This document shows positions 48,134-59,032 of a stretch of 64,000 bases of DNA, piece by piece. The translations under genes were made by a program, and so were the position numbers. Source of the stretch: Histomonas meleagridis 2922-C6/04-290x (Eukaryota; Protista; Parabasalia); the NCBI GenBank assembly GCA_020184695.1, contig JAANOX010000069.1, positions 310,001 to 374,000 on the forward strand. The letters are read 5' to 3'. The first letter of the stretch is position 1. The number at the start of each line of letters is the position of its first letter. The notes under the pieces are model-generated. The model was not told the origin of the DNA. It made no database searches and was given only the letters and a program-made list of their open reading frames with translations.

Positions 48134-49486
48134 TTATTCATCGCTTTGAATCTCATTAATTTTTTCATAAAACAATTCGATCATTTCGATTTGTTCCCGA
48201 TCAAAAGAATCATTTTTTTCCAATGAGTCAAAAATTTCTCTATTTTCCAGCAAACGCTCTGCGAAGTAAGCGCTAAAATTATCATTTCTCATAGAAGCAA
48301 ACAAAAACAAATCGATCACACTAAAACTTAACATCGGATCATCACAATTACAAAACTCAATAATCTCATCAACTAGCTTCTCAGAAAACAAAGAATAAAA
48401 GAAGTCAACGTCATTATGTGCCAAATATTGTATGAAATTTATAAATTGACTTTTTGCCAAAAAATCTTTTCCTCCAAATATTTGCAAAAAATCAACTGAT
48501 TGAAAGCATTGTAATGCTTCATTCCTCGCATTTATGCTCCTAGAAATTTTATTAATTAACAAATCAAAACAATACTTTACAATTCGGTTTTGACAGTTTA
48601 CAATGTTCTCAAAAACAACCGTAACGTCAACAGCATTCAAAAATTCTGAATCCATTTGAGAAATTATTGAAATCAGTTCAAAAGTGAGACGTTTAGATTT
48701 GACAGAGTCTGTTTGCAAAATTTGCAACAAATCAAAAAACAAATTACTTTCACGAACAAATTCGATTATACCATTAATGTTTTTGCACGCATTAATTAAA
48801 CCTTTTAAACATTGTTGTTGAATATCATCAATGTCACGAAGATGGGATTTGAGATATAAAAGTAAATTAATAAGTAAATCTCTTGGAATTGTTTCGTTAC
48901 TATGTGTAAAAATATTTGAAATAACCCAAAAACATTTCTGTCGTATGACAATGTCAAATGGAACCCAATTAATTAGAAATTGAAGAAAAGACGATTGACA
49001 AAAATAATTTGGAATGGCTTCTGAATAAAGAATGAAATTACCTGTGCTAGTTAGAATATATTCTTGAACTTGTACATTAGTTGTTTCTTTAAGTGAATCT
49101 TGAAAAAAACTAAAAATGTCAATTTCTTGGAGGACTTGAAATAAATCATCATGTCCTTGAATATTTAAACTAAGTAAGTAAAAGAATTCAAATATTTCAT
49201 TTGAAGCTACAAAAGAAAACGCACGTGCTTTCAGACAGTATAAAAGTGTTGGAGTGACATTAGTAATAAAATTGCCATCTTCGATACCACGACCAATGGA
49301 ATTTATTTTTGAGATGCAGTCAAGCATTATTACAGGATTATTTGCAAAAACAAGTGATGAATTAAGCATAACTGAAAAAGGAATGAAACATTTTCCTGAT
49401 TCTTCTTTTTCATTTTGTTCAGCATTTGATAGTAATTGTTTTCTTTTTGTTTTTGTTTTGTTTGACTGGAGTTCATTTCTTTTCAT
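48134..49486 (-). CDS. ARM/HEAT-repeat helical protein (importin-alpha-like)
   Basis: 450-aa helical ORF, basic N-terminus, W.ISNI and L.TGN ARM-like motifs. Confidence 0.45.
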   Translation of the reverse strand: MKRNELQSNKTKTKRKQLLSNAEQNEKEESGKCFIPFSVMLNSSLVFANNPVIMLDCISKINSIGRGIEDGNFITNVTPTLLYCLKARAFSFVASNEIFEFFYLLSLNIQGHDDLFQVLQEIDIFSFFQDSLKETTNVQVQEYILTSTGNFILYSEAIPNYFCQSSFLQFLINWVPFDIVIRQKCFWVISNIFTHSNETIPRDLLINLLLYLKSHLRDIDDIQQQCLKGLINACKNINGIIEFVRESNLFFDLLQILQTDSVKSKRLTFELISIISQMDSEFLNAVDVTVVFENIVNCQNRIVKYCFDLLINKISRSINARNEALQCFQSVDFLQIFGGKDFLAKSQFINFIQYLAHNDVDFFYSLFSEKLVDEIIEFCNCDDPMLSFSVIDLFLFASMRNDNFSAYFAERLLENREIFDSLEKNDSFDREQIEMIELFYEKINEIQSDE

Positions 49487-49853
49487 TCGAAGTTTAAATT
49501 GATCTAGATCATTTGTGACCGTTTATTTTTGAATTCAATGACCAAATAAGGATTGAAATAATTCGAAAAAAATGTACATTTAAATGAGGAGAAAACAATT
49601 CGACTAACAACACTCTAAATCTTCGTTAAAATCAAATTTAATATCACCAGCATTTTTTTAGCCAAAGTTTGCTTTTTAAAGAATATGATCTAATGTAAAA
49701 ATATACAAGCAACTATGAAAAATTACATAAACTTTATCACGCGCACATAAGTATTTGAATTTGTGCAAACTTTTCTTGTATCGTGGAGGTTATATGGTAA
49801 AATTACCCTTTCGTTTTCGGTTTGTTCATTTCCGTTACCGGTTAAGAACACAT

Positions 49854-49910
49854 AAAAACGATCGGTATATAACCGCCATTATGGCGGTTAAAAATCAAAC
49901 CGACGTTTTT
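49854..49910. other. GC-rich imperfect palindrome in intergenic DNA
   Basis: TAACCGCCAT-T-ATGGCGGTTA (49870-90) nested in AAAAACG(A)TCGGT...ACCGACGTTTTT. Confidence 0.7.
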
Positions 49911-50155
49911 TCGTTCTAACAAAATCAAAATGTAAATATCTTTTAATTCAACACTAAACAGAAGATAATATTAGAGATTCATGCTTACATCTATTTATTG
50001 ATATTGGTATTTAATTTTGATATATCCAATTCCCATATCATTTAGCTAAATAAATTCACTTAGTTGATGGCTTATTCGCATTTCTCACAAAATTCATGAT
50101 AACTCATACGCAATGTTTTATTGGCTAATGTTTTTAAGAACAAAAAATGTTTTAA

Positions 50156-51733
50156 TTATAATCCGCTTAAAAATACAAAACAAACAAAGATATTAAGGAT
50201 CATCAATACATGAGAATTCTTACAAAGTCCTAAACATGTTTCCAGCAGCAAGCCGAAAATTGTTGTAAGTGCAAGAATCTTATCATCAGAAATCATTAAA
50301 ATGATAAAAGCATATATTAAAGCTCTTGTTATTCCGTATGTGATTGATTTTGGTTTCTGTGCCATCAGTGCGAGGAACATTATCATTTTCATAATGATTT
50401 TGTTCCTGTCGACTTTAACGGTCTTTTTAACCGCTTTTTTGACGGTTATTTCATCTGTTTGAGTTTCTTCGTTCATGAAAGAGTTATCAGTCAACGCCAA
50501 CAGTACGCTGCTTTGTATGTCTTCCATTGACGGCGAAACCACAAATACTCTTGGTCCATCGTTTTTCAAGCATGTTTCTAATCCAAATTTTACCACCATT
50601 TCGTGAATAGTCGGATTTCCAAGAATTTCATCGATGCTACATCTTTTACTAGGATCTCTCATCATCATCTTTTTCAAAAGCATATGAACCAATGGCGGTA
50701 CTTGTACGTTTTCCAACTTCAATTCTGATATTAATTCATCTACAGAAGTGAATTCCTTCAATCTTTTCTCACCAAAATCCCCTGTAAAAGGGTTTTTTCT
50801 GTAGAAAAGTGAGAACAATATTACACCAAGTGACCATATATCACTTGCAAATGAATGTGAATATAAATATGATCCACTCGATGACTGAACTAACAGTTCC
50901 GGTGCCATTGTTTCAATTGTTCCCGTCGCTCCTGTCCTAGCTGTTTGCTTCATTTGGAATCCGGTATCAATTGATGTTCCGAAATCAGATAAAACAAGTC
51001 TTAGCGGCAGCGGCATATTTGTCTTTTCCTCAAAAATCAGAACATTCGACAGCTTCAAATCTCTATGAATGATTCCGAGTGAATGAAGGTGATGTACTGC
51101 AACTGCGATATTTAAGAACATTTGCCAAGTTTCTTCTTCAGAGAACTCTTGGAAGTCACCAGACCCATCATCACACATCAGAAGGTTCTCAAGGTTTCCC
51201 AAAGGCGCATATTCCATGAGAATGAAAAGACATGGAATCTTTGGCCCAAATGTTGCTGTCTGCCATTCTTCAATCCAACAGTGCTTGTACCCGAGAATAA
51301 GAGGGTTAGGCTTTTGTGCGAGTTTTTCTAAAAGTTTCACCTCGGAAATTACTTTTTTGAGCCATGCAAATTCTCCAACTGGTATAACCTTAACAGCATA
51401 CTCGGCAAGGCGAATCCCCGCAAGAATATGTTCGACTCTGTAAACGCAGCCACATCCACCTTTACCAATTATTTGTCGTATTGGAAAGAACCGCTCAAAA
51501 TATCCATTCATGAGAAAATCGCCAAGAGAAAATGGAATAGGACCATTGCCACTTAGAATATCTGCAAGAATTTGGAAATATGATGGCGAACTCCATGAAA
51601 TTGGAACTTCTGGATCAGATGTTTGTGAAACAGTTCGTATTTGTTGTAGTGACGAATTATAGAGTACAAGTGCTCGCTCTGGAGTTTGGAAAACAACATG
51701 CCAAGAATTCGAAAAATTGGCTAAATCGCCCAT
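50156..51733 (-). CDS. Ser/Thr protein kinase, IKS1-like, with hydrophobic C-terminus
   Basis: GKGGCG, YAVK, HRDLKLSN, SDFG, APE; WHVVF...ALVLY N-terminus and FGP.IPCLFILM insert typical of IKS1-type kinases. Confidence 0.75.
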   Translation of the reverse strand: MGDLANFSNSWHVVFQTPERALVLYNSSLQQIRTVSQTSDPEVPISWSSPSYFQILADILSGNGPIPFSLGDFLMNGYFERFFPIRQIIGKGGCGCVYRVEHILAGIRLAEYAVKVIPVGEFAWLKKVISEVKLLEKLAQKPNPLILGYKHCWIEEWQTATFGPKIPCLFILMEYAPLGNLENLLMCDDGSGDFQEFSEEETWQMFLNIAVAVHHLHSLGIIHRDLKLSNVLIFEEKTNMPLPLRLVLSDFGTSIDTGFQMKQTARTGATGTIETMAPELLVQSSSGSYLYSHSFASDIWSLGVILFSLFYRKNPFTGDFGEKRLKEFTSVDELISELKLENVQVPPLVHMLLKKMMMRDPSKRCSIDEILGNPTIHEMVVKFGLETCLKNDGPRVFVVSPSMEDIQSSVLLALTDNSFMNEETQTDEITVKKAVKKTVKVDRNKIIMKMIMFLALMAQKPKSITYGITRALIYAFIILMISDDKILALTTIFGLLLETCLGLCKNSHVLMILNIFVCFVFLSGL

Positions 51734-51822
51734 ACAAAATGCCTCAAAAAAAATTTGGGGCACCCCAATGTTCTCATGAATAAACTATAGAAAATTCAAC
51801 AAGAACGTTAAAGGTGAAAAAA

Positions 51823-52215
51823 ATGGAAACAAGTAATCAATTTCAAACAGAAGATAAGAAATTTATACCCTTTAGAAAAAGAAAATCCCATTGGGGTGAA
51901 CAAGAAACTCGTTATGCTATACCAAATATTGCTACTGTTCTTCCTCCAAATTTACCAGAACCCATTCTTAAGGCTCTCCTCTTAAGAATGCAAATAGAAG
52001 AACTTCATTTCAAGTTAAGGAATAAAGACCAATTTATAAATATTCTTTGGAGAGAAAATTCTATTGATACTACAAATTGGGAAAAAATCGATGATGCACT
52101 TGAGGGAAGAGCAAAAGAGGCGGCAGGTGCAGAAATTAGGGCTATAGTGAAAGAAATTGATGAAATGTTTCCGCCGAGTTCAACAACAATTTTGAGTCCA
52201 AACAATGCGACATAA
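51823..52215 (+). CDS. SF1/BBP-like protein: ULM plus helix-hairpin only, no KH-QUA2
   Basis: RKRKSHWG followed by T.LPPNL...L.MQIEEL..KLR. Confidence 0.6.
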   Translation: METSNQFQTEDKKFIPFRKRKSHWGEQETRYAIPNIATVLPPNLPEPILKALLLRMQIEELHFKLRNKDQFINILWRENSIDTTNWEKIDDALEGRAKEAAGAEIRAIVKEIDEMFPPSSTTILSPNNAT

Positions 52216-52567
52216 AAAACACAAATATATTAATCATAGAAATATAAAGTCAATAGGGGAAAGTAAATATTTCATAATGTCTAATAAACCAAATTTTCAA
52301 ATGTTTTCACATTCTAAAAAATTAATCTAACCAAAGAATACACCAAGCAAAGTATGAATTCTCAAAGTATATTAAGTAAAAACCAAATATCTAAATTTTG
52401 AATGTATTGATATTTTCCTTTATCACTGATTTTGATAATCTAATGAATTCCTTACAAACTCTTCGCTATTATAACATTTTCGGTACTTGTAATAAATCAG
52501 TAGAAATCAGAAATATATGGAAATAATTTTTATTTATCGGAATTATTTTAAATTAACTTTATAAAGT

Positions 52568-53283
52568 TTAACTATAATCAGAGCTATAACTACGATTATC
52601 CGAGCCATAGCTATAACTATAATCTGAACCGCTGTATGAATATGATCCTTTATCTGAATTATCGGATTTTTCGGATTTTGAATAACTATAGGACTCAGAT
52701 CCACTATACTGAGAACCAGAGTACTCAGGTGAACCAGAGTAAGAATCTGAGTATGAATATGTGTATGAATCAGAATATGAATATGAATAACCAGAATATG
52801 AATAATCTGAATCAGATTGGCTATAATCGGCACGATCATTTTTGCCATTCCTTGCAGGTTCGTTCCTGCTCTGATTTCTTTTCTGTCTTGTATCATCATC
52901 GAATTCTCCACGTCGATCTTTTTCTGCTCTTTGACGAGAAGTTGCACGATATCTGATGTTAGAATTAAAAACTACATTTCAATTAACTCGTTTGGCGGCT
53001 TTACAGAAATTTCAGCACGGAGATATCTTCCATCAAGTTCTGCTCCGTCTAAATATTCTGCTGCATTTCTGGCTCCTTCAGGGGTTTCGAATTCTGCAAA
53101 TGCATAACCACGAGACTCGCCAATTCCATCTCTGGACAAATCAACACGATAACATCGACCGAATTGCCTAAGCATTAGCATAACATCCTGAGCTTTAAAC
53201 TTATATGGTATGTTTGATACAAACACAATTCTATTTCTCCATGAATAGCTGCGCTCTGGTCTTTTTCTTTCGCCAGAATCCAT
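52568..53283 (-). CDS. RRM protein with Ser/Tyr-rich low-complexity tail; join(52976-53283, 52568-52952)
   Basis: RNP2 VFVSNI, RNP1 RGYAFAEF; removing the 23-nt intron gives a 693-nt ORF with (SY)-rich C-terminus. Confidence 0.85.
52953..52975 (-). other. 23-nt spliceosomal intron GTAGTTTTTAATTCTAACATCAG
   Basis: GT...AG ends, TCTAAC branch motif fused to the 3' site, contains an in-frame TAG, restores the reading frame. Confidence 0.85.
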
Positions 53284-53675
53284 CTTTTTTGCCAAAGCTC
53301 TTTGTCAAACAACTGTTGACAACAAAAGTGTCGTATTTTAAAAAGTGACTTTTTAAAAAAAATGCTGAATTAAAATGATCAAGAATTGAACTGCATCTAA
53401 AACTAGATGATGAATTTAAACCAATTTTGAGTTTATTGAAACAATTGGCTATATAAAAGATTCTCAGTTAAATTAAACATAAAATGTTTTGTCAATTGAT
53501 CACATCGCAACTCAAAATCAATTAAAATTTTAAATGTTTAATAATATAAAGCTATAATACAGTAAGTTCAGTTGTACAAGCAATTGATCATTCATGAATA
53601 CGTGTAATTTCTGCATAATTATTTTATCAATTCACAAAATCCCAAAAACAAAAGCAAATATTTATATTTACGCAT

Positions 53676-56375
53676 TTAAACATCTGTTGGTATTTCTTCA
53701 TTTTCGAGTAACAGCAACGCCTGCACGTCGTCTTCCATTATGGTCAAGCAATCTTCTAATTGGTTTCTTAGTGCGTCATCCAACTCATCGCTATTTTCGA
53801 TTGTTTGGAATGTTTGATTAAAGTATTCATTCAATTCATCGGAGAACTTTTTTCGTAACTTATTCAACAAATCATTAAAAAGAGGAAATGTCATTTTAAT
53901 AATCACGAAAACAAATGTGTAAAATATCGATGGAACATTTTGTTGGGAAGTAACAAACGAAATGATACTAATTAACAATGAGTCGTAAACATTTTGTTGG
54001 AACTTTTGTAAGTCGACAACATTGAAGTAATTTATTAAACATTTAATAAGTTTCTTGGAATTGTTTATATCATTTTCAGGTCTTAAGAAGAATTCCGTCG
54101 AAAACTTTAACAAATATACTAAAACATTTTCGATTGGCTTAATTTCAATTTGCGTTTTTCTTATTAAATTTAATAATTTAATATTCACATTTATGAAAAT
54201 ATCTTCGTTACAAAGATATTTTATATTTAATTTTATAATCAAATCAAAAAATTCACTTAAAAAATCATTAAAAAATGTATCACCATAAAGACAAAAAACT
54301 CCGAAATTTAATGATGAATACGAAAGGAAATTCGAGATTATTTCCATTATATTTATTAAAATTATAACAACTTCTTTACAATGATAATTAATATCTTTTA
54401 TATAATTTATAAGATTTTGTGAATTATTTATTACATCTTTCACAAGTTGAAGTGAATTTGTATTAACTAAAGTATAAAAATTAATGTTCGAAAACAATTT
54501 TAAGAATTCAGATTTTTGTTGACACGTTATATCAAAGTTCATTTTATTATTAAGGATAAAGTTTGCGTAATTAATGTTTTTACTTTCATTTAGAATGGAA
54601 ATACAATATAAATCCGAGAAAATGATTAAATTAATTTTTTGATTACCAGCAACAAAATAAATATGAAAAAGAAATCGAACGAAATTATATAAATGTTCAA
54701 CATATTCATCATCAGTCACAATAACAAAATCCAAATTATTTATATAATCAATAAATTGTTGATTAAAACATCCATAAACATTTGGACTAAAGTCGAAAAC
54801 TTTATTAATTTCATGAATCAAATGAACATTTTGTTTATTAATCAGTAAAACGTTTATTAAATGTATTAACAACTCCAAAAATGAATTAAAAACATTTATA
54901 TTAATTTTATCCATTGTTAAATAACAAATATAAAACTCACGTAAATAATTACATAAACTTAATTCTAAATAATATAACATCGAATTATCTTCAATTTGAT
55001 CATCGCCGATTTGAACATTATGAAAAAAGTTAATTAATGTGTTATTTAATTCTAAATCGATTTCAAGATAAACGAAATAATTATAATTCTCGTTATTATG
55101 ATGGTTTTGAAGTAAATAACTTAAGATTTCGATTATAATACTTAAGCTACAATTATTTGGGAAAATTATAAACAAATTACAAAAATTTGTTATTTCTTCT
55201 TTATAATGTTGACTTAGAAATGTCCCCAAGTTATTAAATAACATTATCGACGGATCTTCATATAAATTCTCAATGATTTCTTGTTGATATTCCGTTTCTT
55301 CGATCATTGAATCAATAAAAGTGTTTTTGATTTGCGTTTGCATGTTAATATATAATTGAACTTGTTCTTCATTGAAATGTACAAATGGAATATCAGATAA
55401 CCAAAATTGTATCATGTTATCGATTAATATATAATTGGAATGAATTTTGATGGGAGTGAAAATGATTAAACTGAAGTTAAAAATTTGATTGATGAAATTC
55501 ATACAAAAATCATCAACCGCCATTTCACGAATCTCTTTCATATCTTTGAGAGTTAATAATATAAATGATATTTCTAACAGTTGAATTGTTGATGTTTTGC
55601 TTTCGTTGAGTAATCGAATTATCAAATTCATAAGATCAAATAAAAAATGTAATTTGTCGGCATAATCAACTTTTAAAAACTTACGAAGAAGTGAGAGAAG
55701 TTTGGCTGATGTTTGTGTGGGCGAATTGACGATTACTTCCTCGAAATTATTTAAACCGTTATTTGAAAAAATGGCTGACATTAAACTATTGTTAGCTGGA
55801 AATCGTTTTATGACTGAAAATAAACATTTTGCACTTAACAAGAAAATGTTAAATGAAGATAAAGATTGAATATTAGTTGTTAGAATCCGAACAATTCCTT
55901 CGATTTCTTGAAAAGATTTGACATGCTTAACAAAGTCTGAAAAAATATGCAATCCAACATATAAATTTGATTCGTTTTCTGGTAAAATTGTGTTCAATAA
56001 TATCGAACCTTTTTCTGTTTCTTCTTTATAGAGAAGTGTAAATAACTTTGATAAAGATGAAATTAAATATGGTATTCCTTGGAACCTTTGAATATTATTA
56101 ATACAAAATGGATTGAACCAACTTTGAATTTGTATAATTGGAACTAAATTATCTTTAACATACTTTGCAAGTGTAATGAGGCAAAAGTTGACTGTTTTTA
56201 GATCAATTTCATTGCATGCTAATGTATCAATTAAAAAAAATGCAGATGCATTAGTATTATTAAATAATTGATAAATACCATCTAGTAATTTTTGTGGTGT
56301 GCTTGATGAATATGCATTAACTACCAATTCATTTAATTTCTCTGGTGTTAACAATTCATCAGCTATCCTTTCCAT
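53676..56375 (-). CDS. Exportin-7/RanBP16-like karyopherin-beta HEAT protein
   Basis: About 900-aa helical ORF; NFGVFCLYGD matches the exportin-7 NFGVF.LYGD motif. Confidence 0.65.
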   Translation of the reverse strand: MERIADELLTPEKLNELVVNAYSSSTPQKLLDGIYQLFNNTNASAFFLIDTLACNEIDLKTVNFCLITLAKYVKDNLVPIIQIQSWFNPFCINNIQRFQGIPYLISSLSKLFTLLYKEETEKGSILLNTILPENESNLYVGLHIFSDFVKHVKSFQEIEGIVRILTTNIQSLSSFNIFLLSAKCLFSVIKRFPANNSLMSAIFSNNGLNNFEEVIVNSPTQTSAKLLSLLRKFLKVDYADKLHFLFDLMNLIIRLLNESKTSTIQLLEISFILLTLKDMKEIREMAVDDFCMNFINQIFNFSLIIFTPIKIHSNYILIDNMIQFWLSDIPFVHFNEEQVQLYINMQTQIKNTFIDSMIEETEYQQEIIENLYEDPSIMLFNNLGTFLSQHYKEEITNFCNLFIIFPNNCSLSIIIEILSYLLQNHHNNENYNYFVYLEIDLELNNTLINFFHNVQIGDDQIEDNSMLYYLELSLCNYLREFYICYLTMDKININVFNSFLELLIHLINVLLINKQNVHLIHEINKVFDFSPNVYGCFNQQFIDYINNLDFVIVTDDEYVEHLYNFVRFLFHIYFVAGNQKINLIIFSDLYCISILNESKNINYANFILNNKMNFDITCQQKSEFLKLFSNINFYTLVNTNSLQLVKDVINNSQNLINYIKDINYHCKEVVIILINIMEIISNFLSYSSLNFGVFCLYGDTFFNDFLSEFFDLIIKLNIKYLCNEDIFINVNIKLLNLIRKTQIEIKPIENVLVYLLKFSTEFFLRPENDINNSKKLIKCLINYFNVVDLQKFQQNVYDSLLISIISFVTSQQNVPSIFYTFVFVIIKMTFPLFNDLLNKLRKKFSDELNEYFNQTFQTIENSDELDDALRNQLEDCLTIMEDDVQALLLLENEEIPTDV

Positions 56376-56521
56376 TCCAAATACGATCAAAAAGTATTGA
56401 ATTTCAGAAAAAGAAAAAAATAAAAATTCTGACTTCCAGGAAATGAAACTAATTGCTCATATAATTGATATTATAATTTAAGATATTTTTAATCAAAATA
56501 TTTTAGCTAATATTTCTTTTT

Positions 56522-59032
56522 TTATGCAATAAATGTTACCACATTTTCATTATTTCCATGAACCCAAATAAAAGGCGGCATAGCATCACTTACAAAATCT
56601 AATATACCTAGCCAGAATGCTGGGTCTTGGCTTGTTCTTGGAATTAACATTGAACATAAAATCAATGAACTATTTTCAGAATGTTCTAAAATCAATTCTC
56701 TTAATCTTAAGAAAGTATTTAAGTTACTTGTATCAGTTTCATTTTGAATGTTTAAGTTTAGATTATTCCATTGTTGTATTGTTTGATCAGAAGGTGGAGC
56801 ATCGATTGCAAGAACATTTACTTCTGCTTTAATTCTAAACATTTCCAATAAATGTGCCATTTTTAGTTGGAATTCTAAAATGTATTGTTCATTTGATATA
56901 ATAGTAAACACTCTTAATTTACAATGTTTCCATTTTGGATATTGATCAAGTAAATGTGCAAATAATATAATTAATCCACCATCATCAGCAAGCCACCAAA
57001 CATCTATAGGCCATCTTTGTTCTATATTTGTATCAAATAATTCAAACCCACGTGAAATAGCTACTCCAAGATTTCCATCAAGTGCTGCACCTACCATATC
57101 AAATATATATGTGTTATCATAAGTTGTTTTAATAAAAGGTATTGCTAAAATATTTGGTCCTATTTTACCAAGTTTACATGTATTACTTACATACAATACA
57201 AATTGAACGGGATCAATTTTTTTCCAATTTCTAGTATAGTATTCATCTAAGTTAGGTTTTTCTTCTGTTTCTTCGCCAATACAAGAAACACATAGAAGTG
57301 AATAAGCTTGTTCAATGATTTGTTTAAATGGAACAATATTCTTTAATTGCTTTTCAATGTTTCCTACTTCATAATTTATTACAAACTCAATTTCAGGATG
57401 ATATGATTTAACATGCTCTGGAATTTTCTTTAATGTATCAATTCCATTAATAGTCCTAGTAAAAAGAAGTGATTGCGTAAATTCACCCCAACTTGCATTT
57501 GGTTTTTCATTCCAATGGAAATACATAAATAATAAAACTGTAATACCTATCACGACAAAAGCAAATTGCCAACTAATCAAAAACATTGCAGCAATGCAAA
57601 ACGAAGCTCCTAAAATAGCTGTTATAGGATGATAATACTTCCAGGCAGGTCTCCATGAAGGTGAATGACTCATTTTCCCTACTAAACAACTTTGGCAGAC
57701 AATTGCATAACTAATTAAGAAAAATTGAGTAAGAGCTTTGCTTACTGCATTTAAGTTTTCGAAAATAAAAGTACATACGACAGTAATTGCCCAACCAAGA
57801 ACAAAACCTCGTATTGGATCATCAGATCCTTCTTTTCCTTTTTCAAAGAACATGAAAATTTTAGGCAATAAATTATCTCTACATAATGCTTGAAATGTTT
57901 TAGGGCCACCTACTAAACAAGCTGATGCAGATGATACTGAAGCAGCAATTACACCAAACGTAATAAAATATTTCCAAACAGAAATATCAGCTAATATATG
58001 CATATTTGTATGTAATGTATCTCTATCACCAGCAGAAGAAATTATCAAAGCTGTCAGTATATATAAAAATGTTGTAAAAGCAATTGCACCTAATGTTCCA
58101 TATGGAATTGATTTTTGAGGCTTTTTAAGATCACCACTGATGTTAGCACCTGCCATAATGCCAGTACATCCTGGGAAAAAAACAGCAAATATTGACCAAA
58201 AATTATTTCCATTTCGAAAATCTGGACCAAAGTTATTTTTTACATTTGTAATCGTCCATTTTGGATTTGAAGGAATACAAAATCCAAAAGTAATAGCAAA
58301 CAAAGATAGTACGATTAATACAGCTAATATATACTGCAAATAAAATTCCCATTCTAAAGAAATAATATCTGTTATTAACAATATTGTGACAAGAGTTATA
58401 CCAATTATAGGAATATCATATTTCCCATCTTTTGTAATATTTTTACCTACTAATTCATGAATAACTTCAGTAAAACCATATGCATTTAAAACAGTACCAA
58501 AAGTTGTTGCAAATGAAAACATTACTCCAATTGTTCCACCAAAATCAGCACCTAATGATCTTGATATGAAATAATAAACGCCACCACCTTTCACAGTTCC
58601 ATTAGTTGCAAGTGCTGACAACGATAAAGCTGTTAACGTAGTTGTAATACCACATAATAAAATTAAAACAATTGTTAATCCAAGACCAAGATTGCCAACA
58701 ACCCATCCAAGTCTAAGATAATAAACAACAGACAAAATATTAAGTGTGCACCTAAGGAAAACACCACTAAACGTCCCATAGTTCCCACCTTTTTTTTCTT
58801 GCTTCTTCATGCTAACATAGTTGCCAACACCATCTTGTCCATGCCTGAGCTGTTTGGGATTCGATCGCTTGATGGCAAAAGATCTATAAAACATTGTTGA
58901 TGGCATTGCCTCACTGGTGTCAATAACTGAGGGGATCATCTCATTATCAGGAGGACGTACCTCATTTTCAGTGCCAAGTTGATCATTTGGATCTTCTTTA
59001 TCAAAAGACTTATATGCAAATGTATGACTCAT
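56522..59032 (-). CDS. SLC12 cation-chloride cotransporter
   Basis: GTFSGVFLRC.LNI..V.Y.LRLGW.VG, GG.YY.ISRSLG..FGG.IG, FFP..TGIMAGANISGDL, IDVWWL.DDGGL motifs. Confidence 0.92.
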   Translation of the reverse strand: MSHTFAYKSFDKEDPNDQLGTENEVRPPDNEMIPSVIDTSEAMPSTMFYRSFAIKRSNPKQLRHGQDGVGNYVSMKKQEKKGGNYGTFSGVFLRCTLNILSVVYYLRLGWVVGNLGLGLTIVLILLCGITTTLTALSLSALATNGTVKGGGVYYFISRSLGADFGGTIGVMFSFATTFGTVLNAYGFTEVIHELVGKNITKDGKYDIPIIGITLVTILLITDIISLEWEFYLQYILAVLIVLSLFAITFGFCIPSNPKWTITNVKNNFGPDFRNGNNFWSIFAVFFPGCTGIMAGANISGDLKKPQKSIPYGTLGAIAFTTFLYILTALIISSAGDRDTLHTNMHILADISVWKYFITFGVIAASVSSASACLVGGPKTFQALCRDNLLPKIFMFFEKGKEGSDDPIRGFVLGWAITVVCTFIFENLNAVSKALTQFFLISYAIVCQSCLVGKMSHSPSWRPAWKYYHPITAILGASFCIAAMFLISWQFAFVVIGITVLLFMYFHWNEKPNASWGEFTQSLLFTRTINGIDTLKKIPEHVKSYHPEIEFVINYEVGNIEKQLKNIVPFKQIIEQAYSLLCVSCIGEETEEKPNLDEYYTRNWKKIDPVQFVLYVSNTCKLGKIGPNILAIPFIKTTYDNTYIFDMVGAALDGNLGVAISRGFELFDTNIEQRWPIDVWWLADDGGLIILFAHLLDQYPKWKHCKLRVFTIISNEQYILEFQLKMAHLLEMFRIKAEVNVLAIDAPPSDQTIQQWNNLNLNIQNETDTSNLNTFLRLRELILEHSENSSLILCSMLIPRTSQDPAFWLGILDFVSDAMPPFIWVHGNNENVVTFIA

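Noticed and set aside
52543-52956. ORF-track proteins 52543-52947 (-) and 52636-52956 (+)
   Set aside because: These are shadow frames of the S/Y-rich second exon of the intron-containing RRM gene.
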